DNA from: the human T2T-CHM13v2.0 reference genome, Homo sapiens
Length of the DNA stretch: 64,000 bases
Assembly: GCF_009914755.1 (NCBI RefSeq)
Contig: NC_060931.1
Direction: 5' to 3' (one strand)
Each line of letters begins with the position of its first letter. Within the stretch, counting starts at the first letter, position 1. Of this stretch, positions 1-16,014 are shown in pieces. Position numbers and translations under genes: made by a program. Under the pieces are notes generated by a model. It did no database searches. It worked only from the letters and a program-made list of their open reading frames with translations, and was not told the DNA's origin.

Positions 1-578
1 AGAACGAGGAGGAAGTAACCTTTCTCTGAGCATAGACTTTTTATAACTTTGATTTTAGAATCATAGCAAAATTTCCCATACCTTAGAAAAACCTAAGTAA
101 ATTTGAAAAACATAATTTTGACTTGATAGTGGAAGGCTAACGTCTAAAGAAACAGTGTAAAATTATTGTAATGTAGTTAGTAAATTTGTTTTCCAACAAG
201 GATACTAGAATTATATACCAGATCAGATAAAGAGTCAAGTTTCTCACTGTTGGAGAAAGATGTTATACATAAGGAAAGGGGCAAGGCAAAAATGAACCCG
301 TGGAATTTATTCGAGTTACAGATCTCAGTATAAACCCACATTTATATACATACATATATATACATATGTATATATATACACACACATACATACATATGTG
401 TGTGTGGGCGGTTGAGTAGATGATAGATAGGCAGGCAGACAGACACACGCATATACAGATGTGTGTGCCTGCATGAGTTAGTATACGTACACACAGTTCC
501 TTGCTCTGCTGGAAGGTCCTAGAAACAATGACTCTCTAGTAGCAATGAATACATTTAGTGCTTAGATCTTAGTTTCTA

Positions 579-1206
<628 letters not shown>

Positions 1207-1683
1207 TTACAGAACCTATTAATACATGCAGAGGGAAAAGAGGAAATGGGGGGAAACCCCACAGTAAAAATGGTTGTAGGCATCAAAGGATGCTAAAATT
1301 AGTGGCTATAAGTTTAAGGAGAAACAAGATATTTGCATAAAGTATCTTCCCAGATACATTTATTAACCAATTACTAACGGGAAAATAGTCATTTTACTTT
1401 GGAAAAACTGGTAGTCACCTCCTTGACCGGGAATGAAGGTTCATATCTGTAGAAAGAGACATAGGACGTCATTTGATGCACAGAGAAGGGCGCAATCTGA
1501 TTTCCATGGCATTCCTGCGAAAAATGCTTGACCTCCTTTATCCATGAGAAAATATCAGATAAACCCAAATTGAAGCACATTCTATGAAATAACCGATTCG
1601 TAGTCTTCAAAAGTGACAAGGTCAGGAAAGGCAAGAAAAAGCTGAGAAATTGTTATAGACTAGAGGGGACTAAGGAGTCATGA

Positions 1684-2103
<420 letters not shown>

Positions 2104-2444
2104 TTAATTTCTTTACATAACTTACTGTGGTTATGTAAGATTATGTTATGGCCATGTATTAGAAGAAACTGAATGAAGGGTATATAGAAACTCTTTGTAC
2201 AATTTTGCAACTTTTCAGTATGTTTAAAATTATTTCAAAAGAAAAATTTAAAAACGAAACCCATGTTGGGCCTAAGTTTTCTTGTCTGTACAACGAGTAT
2301 GTTGAGTCATATGATGTGTAAGATCCATTTGGGGCATGAGATCATGAGTCCCCAGTCGCCCTGCTGGGCAAACATCATCCCTCCACCATCAATGCATGTG
2401 CTTAAGCAATAACCGTCATCTTCTTTACTAAAACAGGATTTTGT

Positions 2445-2612
2445 GGCCAGGCATGGTGTCTCATGCCTGTAATCCCAACACTTTGGGAGGCTAAGGCAAG
2501 AGGATCGCTCGAGCTCAGGAGGTTGAAGCTGCAGTGAGCTATGATTATGTCACTGCACTCCAGCCTGGGCGACAGAGTAAGACCCTATTTAAAACAAAAC
2601 GAAACAAAAAAC
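2445..2612 (+). mobile_element. Alu monomer (FRAM/AluJ-like)
   Basis: Single arm with J-type features (gaggatcgct, gctatgat); TSD aacag(g/t)attttgt. Confidence 0.85.
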
Positions 2613-2695
2613 AACAGTATTTTGTTTCTGGTGAAGACAGCACTCTAGTATACATATATCACTTTAAGGTAGTTGCTGATGTCCACACTTCTTTA

Positions 2696-3052
<357 letters not shown>

Positions 3053-3194
3053 GACACAGATCCCACCTCAAGGCTGGCAAAATTATCTTGCCTCAGTTTA
3101 AGGCAATGTTGGAAGATTGAATAAAAGCAGAAATTAATCGTGGGATAGTTTAATCCATCAATGTGATCCTATGGCAATACTGATTTTAGTATGA

Positions 3195-3420
3195 ATCGCC
3201 ACCATTTATTGGGGATCCATGCTGTGCAGGGCATGTCAGCAAGCTGTGTGTATGTAAACAGCTAATCCCTAGAGACACACATCTGGAACTTGCTGCTAGC
3301 TCCATTTGTCCCAGATGAGGAACCTGGGGCTTGGAGAAATCAGGGAATCAGCCCAGGGGGTGAGTGGAAAACCCAAGATGAGAACCCTTTAGGGTACAAA
3401 GCATCTGATCTTTCCACCAC
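3195..3420 (-). mobile_element. MIR fragment
   Basis: MIR core cagatgaggaacctggggct; heavily diverged. Confidence 0.6.
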
Positions 3421-5389
3421 CCAGTTGTACTTTTTCAGATATAAAACAAAGGAAAACATTTAACAAAAAAGGGTGTCAATCCCTCACTTCGTACCTTTAC
3501 CTCAGAGTAGTAATATAGGAAAAGAAATAAAAATACAGCTAAGGTTTCTGAGACCCTCTTTCTTTAAACCAAAGAGTTGTTAAACTTGGTGGTGGGCGGG
3601 GAGAGAGAGGGTTAACCCTCTCTGTTAATATCGTGGATAAAAACATCCGGCCTGAGAATTACCAAATACATACGTATTTAAATAGATAAAATAACTTTCC
3701 CATTAACACCATCCACATTGTACTACGGAAGAAAATACCGTTTTTATTATTCACCTCATTCCGGTGATTTGTCCATTGAGGGAGGGAGGGCTCTTCTAGA
3801 AAGACAGCAAAAATCTTTCTCTAGTCCTTCAGCCTCAATTGATTGGCTGTTTTTGTACAACCCTGCCATCTACTGGAGTAACTCAGAATTACAGGACACT
3901 CTAGAAATTTTCATATGGGCTAAAAATGTTAACATCTCAATTCTCAGTTAGTGATATGAACAGCCCTATTTTATTAATTAATATGTTATCATAGGGCAAG
4001 ACATGGTCAATTCCTGGGTATGCACTGAAACCACATACCACATACCAGCCTACAAATGTTGCTGAAGGGTTTCATACCAGAGCAAATAGAAACAGACAAG
4101 CATCTATCAGTCCAAGTTTCTTTTTCTTTTGAAATAGAAAAAAAGGATCGCAAAGAATCTGCCCTTTGTAGAAGGATAAAAACATTTAGGGAAGCGGCAA
4201 AAGGAAAACATAATCACTGTAATTCTCCTGCTAAAATATAGCTATGCTTTGAAATTTCTTTGTGTTTTAATTATTTACAATGATGGAATCATATTACGCT
4301 TATTGTACTGTAAATGGATTTTTCTATTTAGTAACAGACATAATCATCATTGTTCCAAATGCTTTAGTCCTCACAGCTTAGGTCAATGTACATCACTATT
4401 TCACTTCAGTTTCATGTGGACAGTAGGGTCTCTACTTTTGTCTCTTTTGGGTGTTTATCCATTCAATCAACCCCCAGATACCTTCTATTAATAAAGCGGC
4501 AACGGAACAAGAAGCTCAATATTTTCCAACCTGCTAGGTTCCCCATCTTTCTAACTGTCCCTCACATGGAAGAGGGGGAGTGGGGTGGAGGCGAAGTTGA
4601 ATCACAGAACAGAAAATAAATTAAAAGACCAGTTTCAAGAGGCATCTCTGCCCCCAAACCGCCAGTTCTTAGGGGTGCCTTAAATATTTGGACTCTGTAG
4701 TGACTAAACTGGAAAACACTAATCCCCATTTTAAGAGGAACAGGGAGATCACTGGAGTTATTTTCAATGCCTCTGCTTTTCACAGAAAACAAAAATGTAA
4801 GCCATAAGCCATTAAATGATTGCCTCCAAAACTATTCTAAATTCTAAAAAGAGCAATACCATTACTAATTAAGTGTTATTAAAGGCAAGAATACTCAACA
4901 TATGGGCTCAGTTTGTTAGCAGTGCTTTTTCTCTTCATGTACTTGCTTAACCCGGGAATAGTTTGTATGTGCCTATTTTGCAGAACCTGGAAGACAATTT
5001 TATTCTTAAAAGGATGCTAAAGGTTTATAGTTGTTTAATATCTTCTCCTTTGACACATTTTGGGTCATATTAATGATTTGCTTGATTCTGAGGCCTTGTT
5101 CAGGAATATAACCTGCAATTAGAACATCATTCCTATGGGAAAATATGCAACACTTGGCAATGATTTACCTCACAATGTGGTTTCCAGGAGACCATTATGG
5201 AAACAAAAAGCAGTATGTCTGTACTTGACTTTGTAATCCTGTGAGGACAAGCATGATCCTTCACATTACAGAAGGGAGATGAAGTCTCAGAGCTGGAGCG
5301 ACTTTGCCTCATAAAAAGCAGAGTAGAGGCTGGCATCTCAGTCTTCCTTCCACAGTGCATTTTTCTGAAGTTATATTCTTGGCTTGGTC

Positions 5390-5620
5390 AAGGGTATGGA
5401 CCTGGTGTCTGGGTTTGAGTCTAGGCTCTGTAATTTACTAACTATGCACAGGGCACGTTGCTAATCTCTCTTTATTCAATATCCTCGTCTGTAAAATGGG
5501 ATGATGATCATCATGGCACATTATCTCATAGAGTTCTTAGGATGCTGAACAGATTAATAAAGCACTGGAGACAGTGCCTGGCAGATTTAAAAAAAAATCT
5601 TCAATAAATGTTTGCTACCG
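5390..5620 (+). mobile_element. MIR
   Basis: ctgggtttgagtct...cctcgtctgtaaaatggg...acagtgcctggca...caataaatg. Confidence 0.75.
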
Positions 5621-5714
5621 TTATCTACATGGCCAATGAAATTGTATGCTATTTATTGTAAGTTTCCCAAAACATCAGCAAAGGTATTAACACAATTTAG
5701 ATGACACTAACAAA

Positions 5715-5925
5715 ATCAGCTATTTCCATTTGATAGGTGCCTACTATATGCCAGACACATTACACACTTTATTTGTTGTTTTATCCCCATTTTAGAGATG
5801 GCAAATGGGAATCTCAGAGCAATTAATTAATTTTCCCAGGGTCGCACAGCCACCAAGCAGTAAAGCCCGACCTAAAATGCAGACTCCTCCATTGCTAAAG
5901 CCTGTGGGCATTCCATGCACTAAGC
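5715..5925 (-). mobile_element. MIR
   Basis: cctactatatgccagac...atccccattttagagatg...cccagggtcgcacagc. Confidence 0.7.
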
Positions 5926-6000
5926 TAGATGACAAAACTATGTTAACCTTTTTGCATTACTTATCTGATGTGGCCTGCCAACAATTTCTTTTTAAACTAC

Positions 6001-6319
<319 letters not shown>

Positions 6320-6689
6320 TACGACTCATTTTGAAATTTTTTGCTTTCTGAGTGTTTGCATAGACCCGGCATTGTGGCAGGGCCTGGAGAGCCAGTGGGG
6401 AACAAGACACAGTCCTGTGCTTCAGTTGTTCACAGGCTGGTGGAGAGAGTTAGACCACTAATTGGAAAATGGAATGGGTTCCTAAGTAAGCGTGGAATAA
6501 AATGTTATAGGAATATGTTTTTTAGAAGGAGCATTAGCCCAGCCTTGCAGGGTGGAAGGTGGGGTGCTGTGGGGGCATCAAAAATACCTCCTGGGGGAAT
6601 TGATGAATGAACTAGGACTGTACTTACCCCACTGGGTTTTAAATAGCCCCAGTTAGCACATGCTTATTACCTGATTGGCCTGTGGCATG

Positions 6690-6890
6690 CACCTAAGACA
6701 TGTTATCTTATTTAATCCTCACTACAATTCTCTAGGAGTGGTGCCATGATTCTCTTTTTGCAGATGAGAAAACAGGATTTGACAGACCCAGTAAGTTGTC
6801 TAAGATCACCCAGCTAATAAGAGCTCTGCCTTGAGTTTAAACCTGATTTGTCTGACCAATATACCCAGGCCATTAACCACTACATCACAG
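6690..6890 (-). mobile_element. MIR
   Basis: atttaatcctcactacaa...ttgcagatgagaaaacag...aagatcacccagcta. Confidence 0.7.
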
Positions 6891-7539
6891 TGCCTCCAAT
6901 CTTATGTAGGTTTATTGTGTTTGATGCAGATTATCCTGAATTGTAATTTTGCCTTCCCACCTATCTATGTTTTACTTCACTTGTTTCAACAAGTGTTATT
7001 CAATAAATGCTTTTTAATAAAAAAGAAAAAAGTTCTGAACCTGAACTATTATGTTAATAGGCTAAACCTATTAGATTGTCTTTTCCTCGTCCTTACAAAG
7101 GTACACGTGTCTCTTGCAGAGTTGAACACCTATGTGGTGCAATAGATTGGTAAAGTTGAGAGAGCACCATTCAATTTTGAATTGATATGTGTGGATCTAG
7201 ATCCCCAATTTTCTATCCTCAGCCCTGCTAGAAAGGTTTGAAACTTTTTGGTTGGAAGATTATACAAGGCAACATCCGGGTATGGAAAAACAGATTTAAT
7301 CTTGGTCTTATTCCTTGAGAAATCTACAAAGAGGTAAATTAATGGCCTCATGACATTCTCATGTATCAAATAAATCAAAACCAACTAGATACACAGCCAT
7401 CCAAAAGAGAGGATGCTGGAGCATTTAGCAAGTTCTAATTAGCTGGAAGGTAGACTGGGAGCCAAGGGAGATTAGTGAAAGGAACACTGTATCCAGGAAA
7501 CTTTGCTTTGGCTACATTCCTTTATGGGCAAAATAGCGG

Positions 7540-8070
7540 GCAAGATCTGGTCCCTGGCTTGCTTTCTTCTGTCATCTCCTGTCATTTCTCCTTATTCTAC
7601 TCCTCCCCTTCCAACCTCAAAAACCCCAACAACACACAGTTGCATTCCAGCCATGCAACTAAACATGGCTAATCCTTAAACAAGCTGTGCTCTTTCTTGC
7701 CTCCCAGTTCTTGAACTTGCATTTGCCTCCTGTTCTTTCCCTGGCATGTCCTTCCCACACATAATCTTGACCTCTGGCTTCTCATTCTTTCTTCAGGGTT
7801 AATTCATGTTCAGATCCTCTGTAGAGACCTCTTTGAGTACTCATCAAAATAATCAGGAGCTTTTTCATGGAGATCCTCATAAAGCCCTCTAAAGCCTTTA
7901 TCCTCTCTCTTAAACCACTGCTCAAATTACTTGTTGCAGGTCTTGTTTCCTCAATAAACCATAAAGGCTGGAGGACAAGAATCATTTTTATTTGTCTTTG
8001 TGTTTACTTCATCTTCAACAGCACCTACTAAGTGTTGGGCACTTAATGGTTGAATGGATTGATGGATGGA
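7540..8070 (+). mobile_element. L2 3' fragment
   Basis: Pyrimidine-rich L2-type body ending in gttgaatggattgatggatgga, a typical L2 tail. Confidence 0.55.
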
Positions 8071-8918
8071 TGGTATTAAACTGGACCCAAAGACTCAATG
8101 CACACTCTCAAATCAAGTCAGAAACGAAATCCTTCAGTAATAATACCACCAGTTATTCAAAAGTTAACCATAAAGGAATTTCAGATTCATAAATAAAACA
8201 GTTAAGAAGCAGCCTGTAACTGCAGGAATCTTTGGCCCAGTGATTATATAAGGAGCCTGTAATCTTTGGCTCAGTGAGTTCCTCCAGCTTAGACTAGTTG
8301 TTCTATTTCACTGACCTAGGCTAAAAATCGAAAAAATCAGGGGGAACATTCCAATAAATAGCATGTACAGATTTCCTGGAAGTAACAAAGCAATCTCAAA
8401 TAAGCAAAAAAAAAAAAAAAAAAAACTTAACCAAAAAAGAGTCACTCAAGATAAAAAATGATGGCAGAAATATTCAGAGTTGATAAAGCTCGCTGGTGGG
8501 TTGGTAGATTTTTTAAAAATATTCTCTATACTTTATGTATATTTGAAATATATTAAATAAGAAAGTTTAAGGTTTGCTGATATCTAATGAAACTTAGATC
8601 TTAAATAAAGTTTAAATGAAATGAAGACAAAAGGGGAGCAGAATATACATGACTCTGGAGAAGCTAAGGCTGTTTAATCCATTCCAGGCTTCTTCCCAAA
8701 TGGTTCAGTGTGGTGATGGATCCGTGAGAAATCTTATCATTGAAAACTTAGAAATGATAGTTTTTTAAAATGTTGGCAGGCTCTGGATATAGGGAAAATA
8801 ACAATGGATCACTCTACCCTCCCGTGGCCTTCCGAATTCTAGTCCTTCCCTTGAGGGTCAAGAACTGAGACGGATTTCTGCTGAAACTCCTAAAGTGGGA
8901 AAAAAAGAAGAGACATTT

Positions 8919-9497
<579 letters not shown>

Positions 9498-11040
9498 AAG
9501 AGACATTTCTCTCCTTAAGGGAATGAAGAAGTCCTTTATGAAGCAAGACTGCATTTAAGACTGTGGAGGAGTGAAGCTGTCTACTCCTGCTATATCCTTC
9601 CCATTTCAACATTGTTTATGAATCAGTACTCCTCAGGCCACAGGAAAAATGGACAAGAAGGTTCCGTGAGGTAGGCTTCGTTATAAACACCTCCCTCCGC
9701 CATCCATATTCTAGCAACTCTTATTAGCAGTGGGCTTCCTGTCTCTTTAAATTCTGCTGTCTCTCCTGGGGGGTGCCTTTACAGGCTGCCTCTGGGGAAT
9801 TGACTACTGCAACTGTGCATGATTTTATCCACAGTATACAGTATCATGTGAAGCTTGCTTTTATTGCCTTCAGCCTTTTCTTTCTAACAATTTATTTTAA
9901 TACATTTGGAATTATTATCCCAAACATTAGCCAGCTGGCCCGCTGGGGTTTCCTTTGCTGGGTTCCGGGTCTCTCTTTTTCTAATCCTCTCTTCATGGAT
10001 AATCCACTCTAATGCTTCTTGGCCTTTGAAGGGGTTTTGTTATTACTACCTGTTGATTAGAAATTCACTTTGTCTTGTGTAGGTGGTTCTAATCGTGCAG
10101 TAATGGACACCTTATTTGAGTCAGCTGAGGTCAGAGTTACAGTCATGAGATTTTCTTTCTTCTTTCCAGATTTCTGGACGTTTACTTGTCTTTTCAATAT
10201 GGTTGTTTTTTTTTTTTTTTTCCTCACAAGCTACCATTCAGCCTGGCTTTGAAAACAGTCTGTAAGACCAAAGAAAGAAAAAAGAACAGTATGAAAGAAA
10301 AAGAAAGATGTGTAGCCAGGCCAGACAAAGAGAAAGACTTATTTTCTCCTACAGCTGTTTGACCCCAGGTATTTAACACTATTGTCTTTGCCAACTACAG
10401 ACCCTCAGGGGTCCTTGCCGAGGGCCCCACTGGAGAGCCAGAATTTGTCCCTGGGACAGGATGAGGAGTCCAGGAGAAGCAGCAGTAGACAGGCTGTGCT
10501 GGGAGTCATCAGGGGCCACCAGGATACAAGGGGTGGGGGGAGCCCAGCTGCCTTGCTGACTTGCCTTTCAACCCTGATGTCTGCTCTCTTGGTAGTAAGC
10601 CAGAAGTGGGGCGTGGGACGATGTGACAGGAGCACCAACGTCCCCACCAAGCCATCACAGCAACAGGCTTTGTCCAGGATCTTCTGGAAAGGATCCAAAA
10701 TGAATTGTGCTTCCTAACACTCGTTTCAGGAATAGGTGCCAAAGTCTCTATTTAGTGCATTTCTGTATTGAAAGGAACATTTGTCCAAGGGAATCCACAA
10801 TTTACAATAAGCATAATCACTGGCTATACTGCACCTGAAAATTCCAAAGAGATGATGATATGTTTCAGAACAGCACCCTCTGTCCCATGGATGGATTGGA
10901 ATAGGAATCCTTTAGTCTGTTTATGGCTGCACTTTGGAAATTTTAGTGTGACTACTTCCTCAGGGAACTCTGTTATTTACATCTGTTTATTCTCAGAAAC
11001 TGGTATATTGCCTGGCAGTTATTAGGTAATCAATAAAAAG

Positions 11041-11100
11041 AAGGAAGTGGGGGAGAGGGAAATAGGGGGAGAGGGAAGGGGGGAAGAAGTGGGGAGGGAA
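11041..11100 (+). repeat. G/A-rich low-complexity tract
   Basis: Repeated gggggagagggaa-like units with seven G-runs of 3 or more. Confidence 0.8.
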
Positions 11101-11379
11101 TAGTATGTGCTCGTTATAGAGATTTGGAAAACATAGCAAGATACAAAAGTGAAAATAAGAATTACTCGAAAATCCCGCTAAGAAATAACCTTTATTAATG
11201 ATCTGTTCTCTACTCTTTCAGCCATCTAAACTCACCTCGTTTCATTGTTTACAAAGTTCAAATCACAACGCACATTCAATTTTGTATCTTGTCTTTTAAA
11301 TTCACATTCTACCACTAGTATTTTCACACATTCAAACTGTTGAAAATCACATCTTTTTTTTTAATGGCTAGATGATTAA

Positions 11380-11730
<351 letters not shown>

Positions 11731-12158
11731 AAGCACATTACATTTTCTAAAAACTACCAAGGTAATTTAGCTCTACAGATTTTTCCTAGGAAACAGAACT
11801 TCACCTCTCCTGCAACAATGATGGGGCAATTGTTCCGAAGAAAAATATTGACCAGCTCATCTATATTTCAACTTTAAGTTTCCTGGCACAAATACGACAT
11901 TTTATAATGAGTTGACAAGGAACTATCAACTTGACACATAGTCACAGTCACTGTCTCTCCAAAGGTGTCAGGGGTATGGAGCAGAGGAGAGTGGATAGTA
12001 AGAATGGGAGAGAAGATGGGGCTGCTCTGAAAACCTCGCCCCTTGGAGAAAGGCCAAAGAACCACTCCCATATGGCGCTTGCTCTTTCTCCCACGCTCCA
12101 AGGCTTTTTACCTTTGTGATTCCACCCGTCAGGTTTGACTGTGACTCTTCATCGATAA

Positions 12159-12767
12159 CATAACCAAACTGCAGGTTCATTCACTTACCACTTGCAGAGT
12201 GCAATTAACAAGAGCAAAGTCTTGTAGAAAGAAAGTGACCTTTTATTCCAAAGCTAGCTTAGGGTAAGCAGCACAGTCTTCTTGCCTTAAGGGTACCGAG
12301 TGGCCTCTGGAACAGGAATGCGGGCACTTTTAAAAGGGGGCCTAGCATGAATAACACCCAACGTAGGAAGCAAACAGGTGGGGATATGAGTACCCGCTTT
12401 GGTGCCTTATCTACTGGGCAGTCAAGTTAGCACCTGTTTGGGCAGAATTAGGTTGTAAAGGCGGCTGAAACTCTGCAGATAGAAGACTTCGTGGTGGGCA
12501 GATTTGGGCTGCGGATTGACTGTTGTCCTTCGAGGCAGTCTCCTGGTGGAAAAAGAGTTCTACTCTGGAGCTTCTAAGCTCATACTTACCTCAACTTGCC
12601 TTGTAGGGAGTGTTTGGTGAAGGGGAGGTAAAAGGTTATAATTGCATTTCTAAAGGACTAAGTAGGAGGTGGGGAACAGAAGGAAATGGATAAAAAAGAA
12701 AAGAATAGAAAAAGTTTAAAAATATTAACTCATTCTCTTTTTAGAAAAATGGGGGTACTCAGTTACA
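12159..12767 (-). mobile_element. Solo ERV1-class LTR (MER66-like; family uncertain)
   Basis: Minus strand begins TGTAACTGAGTACCCCCATTTTTCTAA, carries AATAAA near its 3' end (tttatt at about 12242) and ends in a degenerate GGTTA inverted terminus. Confidence 0.6.
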
Positions 12768-12952
12768 ATAGGAATGAGTGCCTCCTATTCCAATAGGCTG
12801 CTCTGGGGCTAGCCCATTCTGGATTCCTCCATGTGCCCCCAGAAGCAACAGGCTGCCTGGCATGATGAGCTCTCAGTTTTAATATCGATTCTGAAAATCA
12901 ACTGGTGAGCAAATAGGATTCTAATTTAACAGCTTTTTAAAAAGTTATTTTA

Positions 12953-13256
<304 letters not shown>

Positions 13257-13759
13257 TTAAAAAATTAAAGCATTTTAAATACGGGAGTCTTTTCCAGTTA
13301 ATCACTAAATAAAAACATTTGGTTAACAATAAATATATTTTTACAAATTTGGTTAAAAACATTTACAATCTTTTTTGTTAAAAACATGAGAGCTGATCAA
13401 TGTGATGGTTACAGTGACAGTTAATGACACAATTGAACAACAGGCATCGAGCAAGGTTGCCCAGATTCCTAAGTTATTCCATAGAAAGCTCTAAATTGAA
13501 ATGGTGGTTATTTATGCTACAGGTTAATAATCAGATGAAATTTTATAGTTGCTGTCTTGAATAATTCCTCCTCTTCCTGTACATATATATTTAGGGATTG
13601 AATGAGTATATTTAAAAATCTTTCTAAAGTATATAATATTGACTGTTTCTGAGTCTTGTCCCCTTCCAGCCAGGATGCTGATGTTGAAGGTATGAGAATT
13701 GCTGCTTTGTCAACTTGACTCACTCATGGGACTTGACTTGGCCAGTTTCATGTGTTGGA

Positions 13760-13960
13760 TTCAAATGGAATTAGATTTGAGTCCTAACGTTGCCACTTTC
13801 TAGCTGTGTTACGTTGGGCAGATTTTTAAACTGCCTGTTCCTTCGTTGGCTTATTTATAGATGCAGAAATAATATCTACTGCATCTGGTTATTGTGAGGA
13901 TTAATGCTACGCTAATCCTTTAACATGCCTGACATGTAACAAGTGTTGGATAACGGTGGC
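13760..13960 (+). mobile_element. MIR
   Basis: gatttgagtccta...gccactttctagctgtgttacgttgggcag...tgtgaggattaa. Confidence 0.65.
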
Positions 13961-14068
13961 TGCTGCTGTTTTTCCCTTTCAATCTGTCCCTGTGCATATT
14001 TCCCCTTAGCACTTTGGTTTCCATTTTCACCATTTCATTTTCTGCTTGTTTCATTATTACTGCGTTAG

Positions 14069-14429
<361 letters not shown>

Positions 14430-14485
14430 GGCCTGGGGGAACTTTAACAGTAGCCCTCTAGGAGATCAACTGCTAATGGTACACT

Positions 14486-14956
14486 ATTAGGTCATACAAT
14501 TTCTGTTGCTGTAACAATTACTCACCTAAATCATAATAGCTTAAACAGCAAAGAAGTTAGTTATTTCTTATGTAGTTATTGAGAGTAAGAAGTTCAAGGA
14601 TGATTTGGTGACTCTGTGGTGTTAGAGAACTGGATTCCTGGATACACCATCCTTTAGGACATTTTCATCTCATCTGAGTCTACCTGTCAACATTCCAGCA
14701 AGTAGGAAAGAGAAAAAGGACAAGGAGAGGACATGGGCACATTATTTCCTTTTAAGGACATGAACTGGATGTTGTACACATCACTTCCACTTGTATTTCT
14801 TCTGCCAGAACCTAGTCATATGGCCACATAGAGCAGTGAAGCTTGGAAATATGGTTTTTATTATTTGGGGCCGTGTAGCCAGCTAAAATTTAGAAGTACA
14901 GTTAGTAACAGAAGAAGGAGAAATATATTTTAAGAAACAAATAGCAATCTCTGCTC
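14486..14956 (-). mobile_element. Old MaLR LTR (MLT1J-like)
   Basis: gctgtaacaa...agcttaaaca...gccagaacctagtcatatggccaca...gcttggaaatatggt, typical of MLT1J/K. Confidence 0.65.
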
Positions 14957-15990
14957 TGGGTATAAAGTTTGGCCTTCAACTGTGGAAGTTCAGAGGGCTC
15001 TGACCTTTACAAAGTCCCAGAATTGATCACTGTTAGGGAGGCTGACTCACATTAAAAAGCTTACAAGAGAGTGATGTATAAAATAAGAACGCAATAAAAA
15101 TTATTATAAAAAATATTACTTCCAAAGAGACTGGATGGAAGGGTTGTTACAAGTACAATTGTTCCACGTTATATCATAAGCAGCATGGGGGGGCCAAATT
15201 ACCAGGCGGTTGCATGGTAAGCAAAGAATGAGAAGCTCTGAGTACATAATGGCGTGTCTCTGCTGGCCCGCTCTTCCATCCTCGCACTAGATGGGCAATC
15301 ACACTGGTTTCTGTCTTGGGCAGTGCTCCAACGGACCCTGCCAGACATTGTCTTCAAACTCTTCCTGGGTTGTGTCCTCTTTGTTGACCTCTCTCCTTTT
15401 TGATCAACAGCTTATTTATTTAGATGTGTTAATAACCCACCAGGTTTAATACCTTCATACTCAACCCTGAAGTCCTTTCTGCCTCTCTGTCTCTCTGCTC
15501 TGATCCACATGTATTTGTTCATGGTTTTGCGCCTATTTACCATGTCACTTCTATACTACTACGAGATTTTAGTTATCATTTCATGTAGTTGTAGCTCCTT
15601 TAGGATGACACCCTCACCTCACACCGCCTGGTGCTGAAGCTCTTCAATCGTGTCCCACCATGGCACTCCCAAATCGTGGTGATGATGACCGCAAGATGAC
15701 AAGGCCTCTGTTGCCACAACTTTATGGTGTATCTACCACCTGAGCAAGAGGTGGTCACAAGTGCACTCACAAAAGTGGAGTCGGTGCCAAGAATGAAAAG
15801 TAAATGGAGATTTAAGGACACAGCATAGTTAATAAATTAAAATACAGAACTGTAGCTTTTGCACTTTGCAGTTATAGTAGGAAAGAATGAAAACGTATCA
15901 TGTATTTTTAAAAACCTTAATGTGACCTTGCTGCATTTCCTCCATGTTGCAATAAGACTCCCAAACTGAGTTAGTTTCCCGCAGTAGCTC

Positions 15991-16014
15991 TGTGTGTGTG
16001 TGTGTGTGTGTGTG
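15991..16014. repeat. (TG)n microsatellite
   Basis: About 12 TG units, read directly. Confidence 0.95.

Noticed and set aside
15604-15699. Coding-looking frame DDTLTSHRLVLKLFNRVPPW after an acceptor-like ctcctttag
   Set aside because: It stops after 31 codons, the pyrimidine tract is weak, and I recognise no protein.
15771-15787. aaaagtggagtcggtgc resembles the 3' end of the SpCas9 tracrRNA scaffold
   Set aside because: It lacks the internal cacc needed for the hairpin and all upstream scaffold; a short chance match.
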